In this document: positions 20,427 to 29,352 of the stretch, piece by piece
Numbering within the stretch: the first letter of the stretch is position 1
How the letters are laid out: the number at the start of each line of letters is the position of its first letter
NCBI GenBank assembly: GCA_046331705.1
Contig: JAXLQJ010000064.1
Span: forward strand, 1-40,682
DNA: 40,682 nucleotides
Source of the DNA: a bacterium
GTDB taxonomy: Bacteria; JADJOY01
Direction of reading: 5' to 3'
Program-made: the position numbers and the translations under genes
The notes under the pieces: generated by a model
The model's input: only the letters and a program-made list of their open reading frames with translations
Databases searched by the model: none
Told to the model about the DNA's origin: nothing

Positions 20427-20587
20427 CCATCGACTCCGCAAAGAGCGAGCACCGGGACGCGGTCGACATCGACCGATTCCGACGATCGAGAATCACGAGC
20501 GATGGTAGGTTGAAATAGGGATCTCGAAAAGTCGTCGGACATCGCACGCGGACGCGCTGCGCGCGCGAGCGGCGATCACCCTGCCGG

Positions 20588-21004
20588 TTAGGACGTGATC
20601 CAGGTCTCGTGCAGGTGAAGCCAGCGCAAGCCGTTGGGCGTGGGCTCGCCGGCGGCGAAGACGACGCTCGCCTGCCGGCCGCGCGAGGACAGGCCGTAGT
20701 CCTGCCATTCCTCGTACATGGCGAGGGCGAGACCCTCCGAAAGTCGGCGGGCCCGGAAGCGCTCGATGCGAATCCGTCCGGCAGGGCTTGCGTCGCGCCA
20801 CTGCCCGCCCAGCTCGTGGAGCCGCGCCACCAGCACCGCGCGCGCGACGACGCGGCCGCTCGGCATCACCACCTCGAACTCGGGCGTCAACACCGACGTG
20901 AAGCGCGCGAGCGCCGCTTCCCCGGAAGCGACCGCGCCGTTGAACCAATCCTCGAGAAGCTGGTGGACCTCCAGCACCTCGCGACGCGCGGCTTCGACGT
21001 TCAT
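20588..21004 (-). CDS. DUF4440/SnoaL-like (NTF2 fold) protein
   Basis: EV.E.H..LEDWFNG, F..V.PSG, YEEWQ, W.HLHETW motifs. Confidence 0.75.
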   Translation of the reverse strand: MNVEAARREVLEVHQLLEDWFNGAVASGEAALARFTSVLTPEFEVVMPSGRVVARAVLVARLHELGGQWRDASPAGRIRIERFRARRLSEGLALAMYEEWQDYGLSSRGRQASVVFAAGEPTPNGLRWLHLHETWITS

Positions 21005-21041
21005 GCCGAACCCGCGTGATGCCGCGTCGCGCCCGCGCGAC

Positions 21042-22049
21042 TCACGCGCGTACGGCGACGCCGTGGCTCGCGTCGTCGGTCAAGATCTCGAACGCCGCGC
21101 GGTTCGCCGAGCGGAGGCTGAGCGGAGCCTCGCCGCGACGCGCGAGAGTGACCTCGCATGTCGCGATCTTGCTGTTGAGGCAGGTCTTCGAGCCTCCCGG
21201 CGGGTTGTAGTAGTTGAGCCCGCAAAACGCCGCCGGCGACGCGTGGATCCGACCCGCGATGGTGACCTCCGGCGTCTGCGAGCGGAAGCTCCAATCGAAG
21301 TACTCGAAACGTCCCTTGGCGCGCAGCGCCTGCTGGATGGTGTTGAGCGCGTACTCGCGCTCACCCACGCGCAGCACCACCAGCGTCATGAAGGGCGTCC
21401 ACACCGGGCCGAGCTTGATCCGCGCGGTGCTGACCTCCAGGAACGTCCCGGGGGCGTCGTCGAAGCCGCAGACCTGACCCCAGGCGTAGTGATCGGTGTG
21501 CTTCGAGCCCCAGTTGTGGTTCTGGCTCCCCGGCCAATCCTCGATCGAGTGGTTCTGACCGTCGACGGCGAGGGTGCCGCGATAGACGGCATTCGGCCAC
21601 CCGACCAATGCCTTCGCCTTCGGGAAGCCGCCCGAATAGAGCTTCTCCGGCAAGAGCAAGAGCGGCCGCTCGCCGCCGCGAAAGTCCAGCTGCCAGGCGA
21701 GCTCGTGACCGCCGAGCGCGGCGCGGCCGTCGAGGCTGCCGTCGTGAAGCGTGGCCACGCCGATCTGGGCCCCGAGCTTGGTCTCGTCGAAGCGGCAATT
21801 CGCGAGCGGTTCCTCGTGCTTCACCGCCACGATCTTCTGCTTCTCGCCGTCGAACCAGATCGCCCACAGCTCGCCCAACGCGCCGTGCGGCTCGTTGGCG
21901 GGGTGAAAGATCGTGTAGCGGATCCAGAACGCGAGCGGGCGCGTGGGATGGTTGGCGCGCTGGAAGAAGCTCTCGTAATGGCCGCTCGAGTTGGTCGTTC
22001 GATAACGACACGCGTTCCAACGATTGCGCTCGGCGGTGAAGTCGCTCAT
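21042..22049 (-). CDS. Tocopherol cyclase/AttH-like beta-barrel protein
   Basis: GHYESFF, AFWIRYT, W.L.F, GSQNHNWGSKH..YAW, Y.NP.G motifs; ATG at 22049. Confidence 0.65.
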   Translation of the reverse strand: MSDFTAERNRWNACRYRTTNSSGHYESFFQRANHPTRPLAFWIRYTIFHPANEPHGALGELWAIWFDGEKQKIVAVKHEEPLANCRFDETKLGAQIGVATLHDGSLDGRAALGGHELAWQLDFRGGERPLLLLPEKLYSGGFPKAKALVGWPNAVYRGTLAVDGQNHSIEDWPGSQNHNWGSKHTDHYAWGQVCGFDDAPGTFLEVSTARIKLGPVWTPFMTLVVLRVGEREYALNTIQQALRAKGRFEYFDWSFRSQTPEVTIAGRIHASPAAFCGLNYYNPPGGSKTCLNSKIATCEVTLARRGEAPLSLRSANRAAFEILTDDASHGVAVRA

Positions 22050-22207
22050 GGCGGGGCCTCGGTGGCGACGCGCGCTCGGCGCGAGGCGCGTCGTCCCAGT
22101 CTCCTTCCCCGACGCACGCGCCGACAAGGCCCCGCGCGCGGCCCGCGGCGACAGGCTCGAAACGAGCCTGCGACGGTTCGGGTCGGCTCCGCGGGTGCCC
22201 CTCACCC

Positions 22208-22226
22208 GCTTCACGTTTCTTCACGC
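22208..22226. promoter_or_regulatory. Tandem direct repeat GCTTCACG-TTT-CTTCACGC (TTCAC-N5-TTCAC), CpxR/OmpR-type box
   Basis: 10-bp periodic pentamer repeat in the divergent intergenic region upstream of the Spy/CpxP gene; resembles the CpxR GTAAA-N5-GTAAA box. Confidence 0.55.
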
Positions 22227-22342
22227 GCGCACAACACGCGAGCAAGAGGCGAACGCCATCTTTCCCGGTGCCGCCGGATGAACCGGCGCACGAACCCTGC
22301 CGCCGGCGCGCGACACGGCGCCACGGCGAACGGAGCACGACG

Positions 22343-22936
22343 ATGAAAGCGAATGCAATCTCACCCCGCAACTGGACGCGTCTGGTGGTCGTGGGCTCGA
22401 TGGCGTTGGCCGGCCTCCTGGCGCTGGTCGCGCCGAGTGGCGCCGGCAATGGTCCGGGAGGAGGCCCGCGGGCCGAGGGGCGACCCGGACCCGACGGCGG
22501 ATACGGCCCAGGGCCGCGAATGATGCTCGGCGGCGGCCCGCTCATGACCTCGCTCGGTGACGCCCTCCATCAAGCCAAGCTCACCGAAGCGCAGCAGGCG
22601 ACGCTCGACGGCGTGCGCAAGCAAGCCGAGACCCTCCGCGACGACGCACGCAAGCAATTCGAGTCGGTGCACGCGGACATCGAAGCCGAGCTCGCCAAGG
22701 CCGAGCCCGACCTGCGCGCCCTCAGCCAGCGCATGACCGCGCTGCACGAGCAGATGCGCAAGAGCTTCGACGGCGTGCGTGACGGCTACCTGGCGCTTTA
22801 CGATCAGCTCTCGACCGACCAGAAGAAGAGCGTCGCCGCGACCCTGCGTGCACGCCTGGAAGAGATGAAGAAGCGCCACGAGAGCTGGCACCACGGGCCT
22901 CACGGCGGTTGGGATGACAAGGACGCGAACGGCTGA
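22343..22936 (+). CDS. Spy/CpxP-family periplasmic protein
   Basis: Signal peptide, Gly/Pro-rich linker, LTEAQQ and LSTDQK (LTxxQ) motifs, helical body. Confidence 0.8.
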   Translation: MKANAISPRNWTRLVVVGSMALAGLLALVAPSGAGNGPGGGPRAEGRPGPDGGYGPGPRMMLGGGPLMTSLGDALHQAKLTEAQQATLDGVRKQAETLRDDARKQFESVHADIEAELAKAEPDLRALSQRMTALHEQMRKSFDGVRDGYLALYDQLSTDQKKSVAATLRARLEEMKKRHESWHHGPHGGWDDKDANG

Positions 22937-23059
22937 GAGCCGTCGCGCGCGGCGCAATCGCCGGCGAGACGGCGGCCCGCAAACCGCGTAGCCTCCGCCG
23001 CACCAGCACACGGCCGGGCCGGGGATCTCCCCCGCCGCTCGGCCGCGAGGAGGTCTTCT

Positions 23060-23518
23060 GTGGAAGCGCGAAGCAAGCTCACGGCGATCGGGATGGCGCT
23101 GGTGCTCGCGACCGCCACGGCATGCGTGAGCGGCGGGGTGGACCAACCTTCGAACGGCGACGGCGGCGGCGGCACGGCGACGACCGTCTATCGGGCCGGA
23201 ACGGTGGCGATGAGCGGCGACGAGTCGTTCACGTACTCGGACGTGGTCCTCACCTTCGAGAGCGATCCCGCCTCGGTGACCATCGAAGCGACGGCCGGCG
23301 GCGCCACCTACACGTGGATCGGCGGCTTCACGCGAGCCGGCGACGCGGTGAGCACCGATCCGCTGCCGGAGGCATCGGCCGGCGACCAGGACTTGATGAT
23401 CCTCACGGGCAGCACGCCGTCGGACACCGCGCTCACGGGCACGCTCACCGAGCGCTATCCGAAGAACGGCACGACCTTCGAGGTCAGCGGCGGCTTCAGC
23501 GCGACGCGCGTGCAGTAG
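23060..23518 (+). CDS. Lipoprotein, beta-rich, unknown function
   Basis: GAGGAGG RBS; signal peptide ending ATAC; Thr/Gly-rich beta strands. Confidence 0.7.
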   Translation: MEARSKLTAIGMALVLATATACVSGGVDQPSNGDGGGGTATTVYRAGTVAMSGDESFTYSDVVLTFESDPASVTIEATAGGATYTWIGGFTRAGDAVSTDPLPEASAGDQDLMILTGSTPSDTALTGTLTERYPKNGTTFEVSGGFSATRVQ

Positions 23519-23585
23519 CCGCGGCGCACTGGCGAGCCAAGGGCGAGGCCGAGGGCGCGCGCCGAACGAGCGACGAGCGGACCCC

Positions 23586-24326
23586 ATGACGCGACCCAAG
23601 CCCGCACCCGGCGCCCCCGCGAACGGCGACGAGCCGATCGTCCACGTGCTCTTGATCGAGGACGACGCCCGTCTCGCCGACCTCACCCGCGAGTACCTCG
23701 CGCGCCACGGCCTCGTGGTGAGCATCGCCCACGACGGCGAAAACGGCCTCGCCGAGGCGCTCGCTCACCGTTTCGACGTGGTGTTGCTCGACCTCATGCT
23801 TCCCGGGCTCGGCGGTATGGAGGTCTGCCGCCGCTTGCGCGAGCGCACCGACGTACCGGTGATCATGCTCACCGCGCGCGGCGAGGAGGCCGATCGCGTC
23901 ATGGGCCTCGAGATCGGCGCCGACGATTACGTGGCGAAGCCCTTCTCGTCGCGCGAGCTGTTGGCCCGCATCCGCGCACAGGTGCGGCGCGCCCGCGGCC
24001 GCGCCGGCCCCAAGGTTCACGCGGTCGCTGTGGACGGGCTGGAGCTCGATCCCGCCACCCTCGGCGCCACCCTCGACGGCCAGTCCCTCGATCTCACCGC
24101 GTACGAGTTCGCGCTGCTCTTGGCGCTGGCCGAGGCAGCCGGCCGCGTGCTGAGCCGGGAGCGCCTCATCGAGCTCGCCGGCGGCAGCCCCGACGAATCC
24201 TTCGATCGCTCGATCGACGTGCACATCTCGCGACTGCGCCAGAAGCTCGGCGACGATCCACGCAACCCGCGCCGCATCCGCACGGTACGAGGCGCGGGCT
24301 ACCAGCTGCTGAGGCGCTCCTCGTGA
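23586..24326 (+). CDS. OmpR/CpxR-family response regulator
   Basis: LIEDD, LLDLMLP, MLTAR, GADDYVAKPF, DRSIDVHISRLRQKL, TVRGAGY. Confidence 0.95.
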   Translation: MTRPKPAPGAPANGDEPIVHVLLIEDDARLADLTREYLARHGLVVSIAHDGENGLAEALAHRFDVVLLDLMLPGLGGMEVCRRLRERTDVPVIMLTARGEEADRVMGLEIGADDYVAKPFSSRELLARIRAQVRRARGRAGPKVHAVAVDGLELDPATLGATLDGQSLDLTAYEFALLLALAEAAGRVLSRERLIELAGGSPDESFDRSIDVHISRLRQKLGDDPRNPRRIRTVRGAGYQLLRRSS

Positions 24327-25714
24327 GCGCCGTCGCCGGTCGCGGCACGCGGCGGCGGCTCTTCTGGCGCATCTACGCGCAAGGATTGTTGCTGGTGGCC
24401 GCGTCCGCGGCGGCCGTCTTCCTGGTGACGTCGTGGCTCGGCCCGCCGGCGCCGTGGCATGGGCCGCCGGGAGCGCTCTTCGAGCGCGTGCTGAGCTTGG
24501 ACCTCTCGAGCACCCTCGACGAGCCGCGCGAGCTGCGCGAGAAGGTGGCCGAGCTCGCCGAGATCTTGGGCGCCGACGTCGCGGTCTATCGCGCGGACGG
24601 CGCGCGCCTCGCCGCCGCCGGCGCGCTGCCGCCGGGACCGCTGACGGAGCCCTGGCCGCCGGTGGACCGCTCCCGCTGGCGCCGCGACCGCTGGGTCCGC
24701 ACGGTTCCCCTGGGTCCGTGGCCGGGAGCCGCGTACGCGCGCGTCGCCCCCAACACGCGGCGTCTGGTGCTTCACGCGGAGTCGCTGCTCGGCGTGCTGG
24801 CCGTGCTCACGCTGCTGTCGTTTCCCCTGGCGCGGGCGCTGGCGCGGCCGCTCGAGAAGCTCACCGCGACGGCCACGGCGCTCGGCCGCGGCAACCTGGC
24901 GGCGCGCACCGGGCTCGATCGAGACGACGAGGTCGGTGCGCTGGCGAAGGCGTTCGACGACATGGCGGCGCGGATCGAGTCGTACGTGCTCAGCGAGAAG
25001 GAGCTGCTCGCCGGCGTCTCGCACGAGCTGCGGACGCCGCTCGCCCGGGTACGCGTGGCACTCGAGCTCGCCGAGGAGGAATCCGCCGATCCGAGCGACG
25101 TGCGCGCGCGGCTCGCCGGGATCGGCCAGGACTTGGCCGAGCTCGAGAGCATCCTCGCCAACGTGTTCGCCATCGCGCGCCTCGACTACGCGAGCGGCGC
25201 GGGCGCTCTCGCCCTCGGGCGTGGCCCGGTGGATCCGACGGCGTTGGTCGCCGACGCGGCGGCGCGGTTTCGCGCGGCTCATCCCGAGCACTCGCTGGTC
25301 GAGCGCGTCGTCGAAGCGCCACGCGCGCTTCAGGGCGACGCCACGCTGCTGCGGCGCGTCCTCGACAACCTCCTCGACAACGCCGCCGCCTACGGCGAGA
25401 CCAGCGCGCCGATCGAGATCGACGTGCACCCGACGAGCGGCGGCGAGATGCTCGAGATGGAAGTCCGCGATCGCGGCGTCGGTGTGAGCGAGGAGGACCT
25501 AGCGCGCCTCTTCGAGCCCTTTTTCCGCGGCGATCGAAGCCGCGCGCGCAGCACCGGCGGGGTCGGCCTCGGGCTCACGCTGTGCCGCCGCATCGTCGCG
25601 GCCCACGGCGGGCGCATCACGGCCGAGCGCCGCGCCGGCGGCGGGCTCACGATGCGCGTGCTGCTACCGCTGAGCCGCGCGGACGGCTCAGCCGAGCAAG
25701 CCGCGCTCGCGTAG
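24323..25714 (+). CDS. HAMP-domain sensor histidine kinase (CpxA/BaeS-like)
   Basis: Two TMs, HAMP, SHELRTPL, NLLDNA, DRGVG, FEPFFR, GVGLGL; GTGA overlap with the RR. Confidence 0.95.
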   Translation: MSAVAGRGTRRRLFWRIYAQGLLLVAASAAAVFLVTSWLGPPAPWHGPPGALFERVLSLDLSSTLDEPRELREKVAELAEILGADVAVYRADGARLAAAGALPPGPLTEPWPPVDRSRWRRDRWVRTVPLGPWPGAAYARVAPNTRRLVLHAESLLGVLAVLTLLSFPLARALARPLEKLTATATALGRGNLAARTGLDRDDEVGALAKAFDDMAARIESYVLSEKELLAGVSHELRTPLARVRVALELAEEESADPSDVRARLAGIGQDLAELESILANVFAIARLDYASGAGALALGRGPVDPTALVADAAARFRAAHPEHSLVERVVEAPRALQGDATLLRRVLDNLLDNAAAYGETSAPIEIDVHPTSGGEMLEMEVRDRGVGVSEEDLARLFEPFFRGDRSRARSTGGVGLGLTLCRRIVAAHGGRITAERRAGGGLTMRVLLPLSRADGSAEQAALA

Positions 25715-26536
25715 CGCGTCGAGCAGCCCGCGCGCCCAGGTCTCGGGCACCGCGCGTGCCGGATGCTCCCAGGCGATCACCGGGAGCGCCGGAAACGCTT
25801 CGGCCAAGCGCGCGCTCAGGACCTCCGCCACGTCGCGACCGAAGAGAATGGCCGCGCGCGGCGCGAGCCCGCGAATCGACTCCTCGGCGGCGCGCCAGCG
25901 CAGCCGCGCCATCTCGGCCTGAAGGACCCGCGCGTCGTGGGTGCCGCGCGCCCGCACCGCGCGCACCAGGTCCGCGGGGGTGCGGTTCTTTCGAGTCGTC
26001 GGCTCCATGAACAGCAACGAGCACGGATTCGCGACGACCACGTGCCGGAAGGCCTCCTCGGCGGAGCCCCAACCAAGCTCGAGAAAGCGATAGACACGCA
26101 CCGCCGACGATTCGAAGGTGCGCGTCAGGTACGGATGGAGTGAGCGAGGCGCGAGGCCTGGCAGCACGAGCCGCTCACCGCGCCGCTCGAGCTCGGCGGC
26201 GAGGCGCGGCAGGCGCTCCGCCACGCGCTTGAGATCGGTGAACGGGATGCCGCTCTGCGCCATCCCGTACGGGCCCGGGTTGAGCCCGAAGACCGCGAGC
26301 GGCGCCCTCGCCAACGGATACGCCGCACGGAAGTGGCGGTGCCAGCGCTCACCGTAGAGGCCGGGGTTCCAAACCTGCCAACCGGTAGCCGCCGCGATCT
26401 CGGGCGCGAATCGCTCCCAGCGCCGCGCCGCCGTGAGCTTCGTACGGCCCCAGGAATCACCGCCGGCGCGCGCAGAGCGCGATCCCGCGCCGCGCGCCGG
26501 AGACCCGACACGCTCGGATCGGTCACGAGTCGTCAT
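25688..26536 (-). CDS. SMUG1-type (family 3) uracil-DNA glycosylase
   Basis: GLNPGPYGMAQSGIPF, E.S, NPCSLLF, NRTP, HP motifs; ATG at 26536. Confidence 0.82.
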   Translation of the reverse strand: MTTRDRSERVGSPARGAGSRSARAGGDSWGRTKLTAARRWERFAPEIAAATGWQVWNPGLYGERWHRHFRAAYPLARAPLAVFGLNPGPYGMAQSGIPFTDLKRVAERLPRLAAELERRGERLVLPGLAPRSLHPYLTRTFESSAVRVYRFLELGWGSAEEAFRHVVVANPCSLLFMEPTTRKNRTPADLVRAVRARGTHDARVLQAEMARLRWRAAEESIRGLAPRAAILFGRDVAEVLSARLAEAFPALPVIAWEHPARAVPETWARGLLDALRERGLLG

Positions 26537-26555
26537 GGCGTGAGCACGTTCCTCT

Positions 26556-26581
26556 ACATCCGATTCACGAAGCAAGCCGTA
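26556..26581 (+). promoter_or_regulatory. Putative ECF (SigK-like) promoter ACATCC-N15-CCGTA
   Basis: Close to the SigK-type CCATCC-N15-CCGAA arrangement, directly upstream of the DUF4331 genes. Confidence 0.5.
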
Positions 26582-26721
26582 AGGCAGATGAACGATGAAC
26601 TCGCGGTGCGCCGAGAGCTCGCCGCGGGCGCGCTCGCTGCCGTGGTGGCAGGGGGCTGCGACGCATCGGACGATCGCCAGCGACACAACGACGCCTTCGG
26701 GACGTCATGGGAGGATTTCGC

Positions 26722-27432
26722 ATGCGCAGCCTGAAACGCAGGTACCCGGCGGCAGCCGCAGTGGCCGTCTTCACCTTGGCGGCTCCCGCGTGGTCGGCCG
26801 ACCACCGCGACTCGCCATCCGTCATCGCCGACCCGAGCGCCGACATCGCCGACGTCTTCGCGTGGAGCGCGGCGGATGGCAATCGCGTGAACCTCGTCAT
26901 GACCGTGGGACGCGCCGTCGCCGAGGACTTCCAATTCTCGGATCACGTTCAATACGTGTTTCACACGCAAAGTGCCGCGAGCTTTGGCGCATCGGAGGCC
27001 CCGGCCGTCAACATCATCTGCGAGTTCGACGCGAGCCAGACCGCCAGCTGCTGGGCGGGCGCCAACGAGTACGTCACCGGCGACGCGAGCAACGCCGCCG
27101 GGATCACGAGCAGCTCGGGCGCGTTTCGGGTCTTCGCGGGTCAGCGCAACGATCCGTTCTTCTTCAATCTCGACGGCTTCAATCACACCGTCGCGGTGGT
27201 GGACTCGGTGGAAGCGAGCCTCACCTTCGACGACAACGGCTGCCCGCTTCTCGACGACGCTACCGCTGCGACGCTGCGAACGCTGCTGCAGAGCAACGCC
27301 GACGGCACCGGCCCAGCGACGGATACGTTCGCGAGCTCGAACATCCTGGCGATCGCGGTGTCGATCGACAAATCGATCCTCACCTCCGGCGGCCCCATCC
27401 TGAGCGTCTGGGGCAGCACACACGCCCGCTGA
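26722..27432 (+). CDS. DUF4331-family secreted protein (N-terminal-type half)
   Basis: Signal peptide then ADHRDSP, ADIADVFAW, FAGQRNDPFFFNL, DTFA..N.LAI; GGAGG RBS. Confidence 0.82.
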   Translation: MRSLKRRYPAAAAVAVFTLAAPAWSADHRDSPSVIADPSADIADVFAWSAADGNRVNLVMTVGRAVAEDFQFSDHVQYVFHTQSAASFGASEAPAVNIICEFDASQTASCWAGANEYVTGDASNAAGITSSSGAFRVFAGQRNDPFFFNLDGFNHTVAVVDSVEASLTFDDNGCPLLDDATAATLRTLLQSNADGTGPATDTFASSNILAIAVSIDKSILTSGGPILSVWGSTHAR

Positions 27433-27481
27433 GCCCACGAGCGGACGCGCACTCAACCCGATATCCGAGGAGACCACATCC

Positions 27482-28111
27482 ATGAACACCCGACCGTTTC
27501 GATGGGCCGTGCCACTCGCCGCGGCGCTCGCCCTCACAGCCTGCAACAACGACGACAAGAACCTGCCACCGGTGGAGACGCCGCCCCCACCGACGCTCGG
27601 GGCGCAGATCGATCGCATGGCGCGCCCCGCCGTGAACACCGCGCTCGATCACACGTTCGATCTCGATGCGGATCGCAAGGGGATGTCGAAGGACGCCTAC
27701 AACGCCAACGCCAGCCCGACGGATTGGGTCGCCGCGTACACCAACGAGGTGCGCGCCAATCTCGCCATCCTCGACTCGCTCGACAGCGTCTGCGGCAACC
27801 AGCTCTTCGCCGATGCCACGGCGCCGCGCTACGGCACCTTGGCCGCGGTGCTCGCCGACGACCGGCTCTACCTGAACACCGGATCCACGACCTGCACCAC
27901 GTACCTCGCGGTCGAGGCCAACGCGACGGGGATCATCCCCAACGGCGATTGCGGCGGCCGCACCCCGCTCTACGACGTCATCGACACGACGTATTCGGTG
28001 GTGGCCCTGGGTGCGGTGAGCGGCTTCGGCGACACCATCGATCGCGACGGCGACAGCACGCCTTCACTCTCCGCGTTCCCGTTCCTCGGCGCACCCGTCG
28101 CGACTCCCTGA
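27482..28111 (+). CDS. DUF4331-family lipoprotein (C-terminal-type half)
   Basis: Lipobox LTAC; QIDRMARPAVNT, GGRTP.YDVID, FPFLG.P motifs. Confidence 0.8.
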   Translation: MNTRPFRWAVPLAAALALTACNNDDKNLPPVETPPPPTLGAQIDRMARPAVNTALDHTFDLDADRKGMSKDAYNANASPTDWVAAYTNEVRANLAILDSLDSVCGNQLFADATAPRYGTLAAVLADDRLYLNTGSTTCTTYLAVEANATGIIPNGDCGGRTPLYDVIDTTYSVVALGAVSGFGDTIDRDGDSTPSLSAFPFLGAPVATP

Positions 28112-28129
28112 GCACGCGGGCATCGCCTC

Positions 28130-29338
28130 GTGCAAACACTCGCTTTCGCGACGAAGCGTCCGTGCCTGCGCGCATTGGCATGGGCGCTCGTCGCGATTCT
28201 CGGTTGCGATCGCGGCGCGGGTGTGCGCGCTCGCACCGCGGACGCTCGCCTGCAGCCGAGCCACGATGCCGAGCTTGCGCAGCTGCTCGGCGCACCGATT
28301 CCCCACACCACCAGCGGTGCCATCGCGGTGCGCAATCTCGAGAGCCAGATCCGCGCCAGCGAAGGGCTCTTGGCACGCTCACCCCACGAGCCGCGCGTGC
28401 TTCGCGATCTCGGCGAGCTGCTCCTCGCGCGCGCTCAGTACCTGAGTCGGCTGGCTGACTACGATCGGGCCGCGGCGCTGGCCGAGCAACTCGTGCAGCT
28501 CGCGCCCAAACAGCACGAGTCCTGGTTGCTTCGCGCGTCCACGCGCGCCGCGTTTCACCGCTTCGACGACGCGCTCGACGACCTCGACCGAGCGCAAGCG
28601 CTGGGAGCCGCGCCATCCGCCCTCGAGGCAGCCCGGGCCGACATCCTCGACGCGCTCGGCCAGACGGATGCCGCGCTCGCTCATCGAGCGCGGGTCGTGG
28701 CGCTCAGACCGACCATCACCTCGCTGGCGGCGCTGGCCACCGCCCATGCGCTGGGAGGCGATGAGGCGACGGCGTCCCGGCTCTACGCGCACGCGCTCGC
28801 GAGCTACCGCGACGTATCGCCTTTCCCCGTGGCGTGGCTGCTCGTTCAGCGAGGATTGACTTGGGAGCGCAATGGGGATTCCGCGCGCGCCGCCGCGGCA
28901 TTCGCCGCGGCCCACGAGCGGCTCCCTGCCTACGCCGCCGCTGCCAGTTCGCTCGCGCGGCTGCGCGGGCATTCAGGCGATCACGCCGGCGCCGTCGAGA
29001 TCCTCCGTTCGCTCTCCGTCACGTCGGACGATCCCGAATATCAGGGTCAGCTCGCGGGCGAGCTGCGCGCCCTCGGCCTCGCCGCGGAAGCCGATCGACT
29101 TCGCGACCAGGCTGGACGCGGGCTCGACGCGCTGGTTGCGCTTCACCCACAGGCATTCGTGGCCAAGCAGGTCCGCTTCTGGATCGGACCGGGCGGCGAC
29201 GCCGAGCGTGGCTTCGCGCTCGCCAAGAGCAATCTCGAGCGCGACTCGAGCACGCCGGCGCTCGCCCTCGCTGCCGAGGCCGCTCTCGCCGTGGAAAAGG
29301 CTTCCCCGTCGACGATGACGCGCGACGCTCACACGTGA
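28130..29338 (+). CDS. Tetratricopeptide-repeat protein, possibly a lipoprotein
   Basis: Ala-rich TPR helices; ILGC lipobox-like; usual neighbour of DUF4331 genes. Confidence 0.75.
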   Translation: MQTLAFATKRPCLRALAWALVAILGCDRGAGVRARTADARLQPSHDAELAQLLGAPIPHTTSGAIAVRNLESQIRASEGLLARSPHEPRVLRDLGELLLARAQYLSRLADYDRAAALAEQLVQLAPKQHESWLLRASTRAAFHRFDDALDDLDRAQALGAAPSALEAARADILDALGQTDAALAHRARVVALRPTITSLAALATAHALGGDEATASRLYAHALASYRDVSPFPVAWLLVQRGLTWERNGDSARAAAAFAAAHERLPAYAAAASSLARLRGHSGDHAGAVEILRSLSVTSDDPEYQGQLAGELRALGLAAEADRLRDQAGRGLDALVALHPQAFVAKQVRFWIGPGGDAERGFALAKSNLERDSSTPALALAAEAALAVEKASPSTMTRDAHT

Positions 29339-29352
29339 GCACGCTGGCGCGA

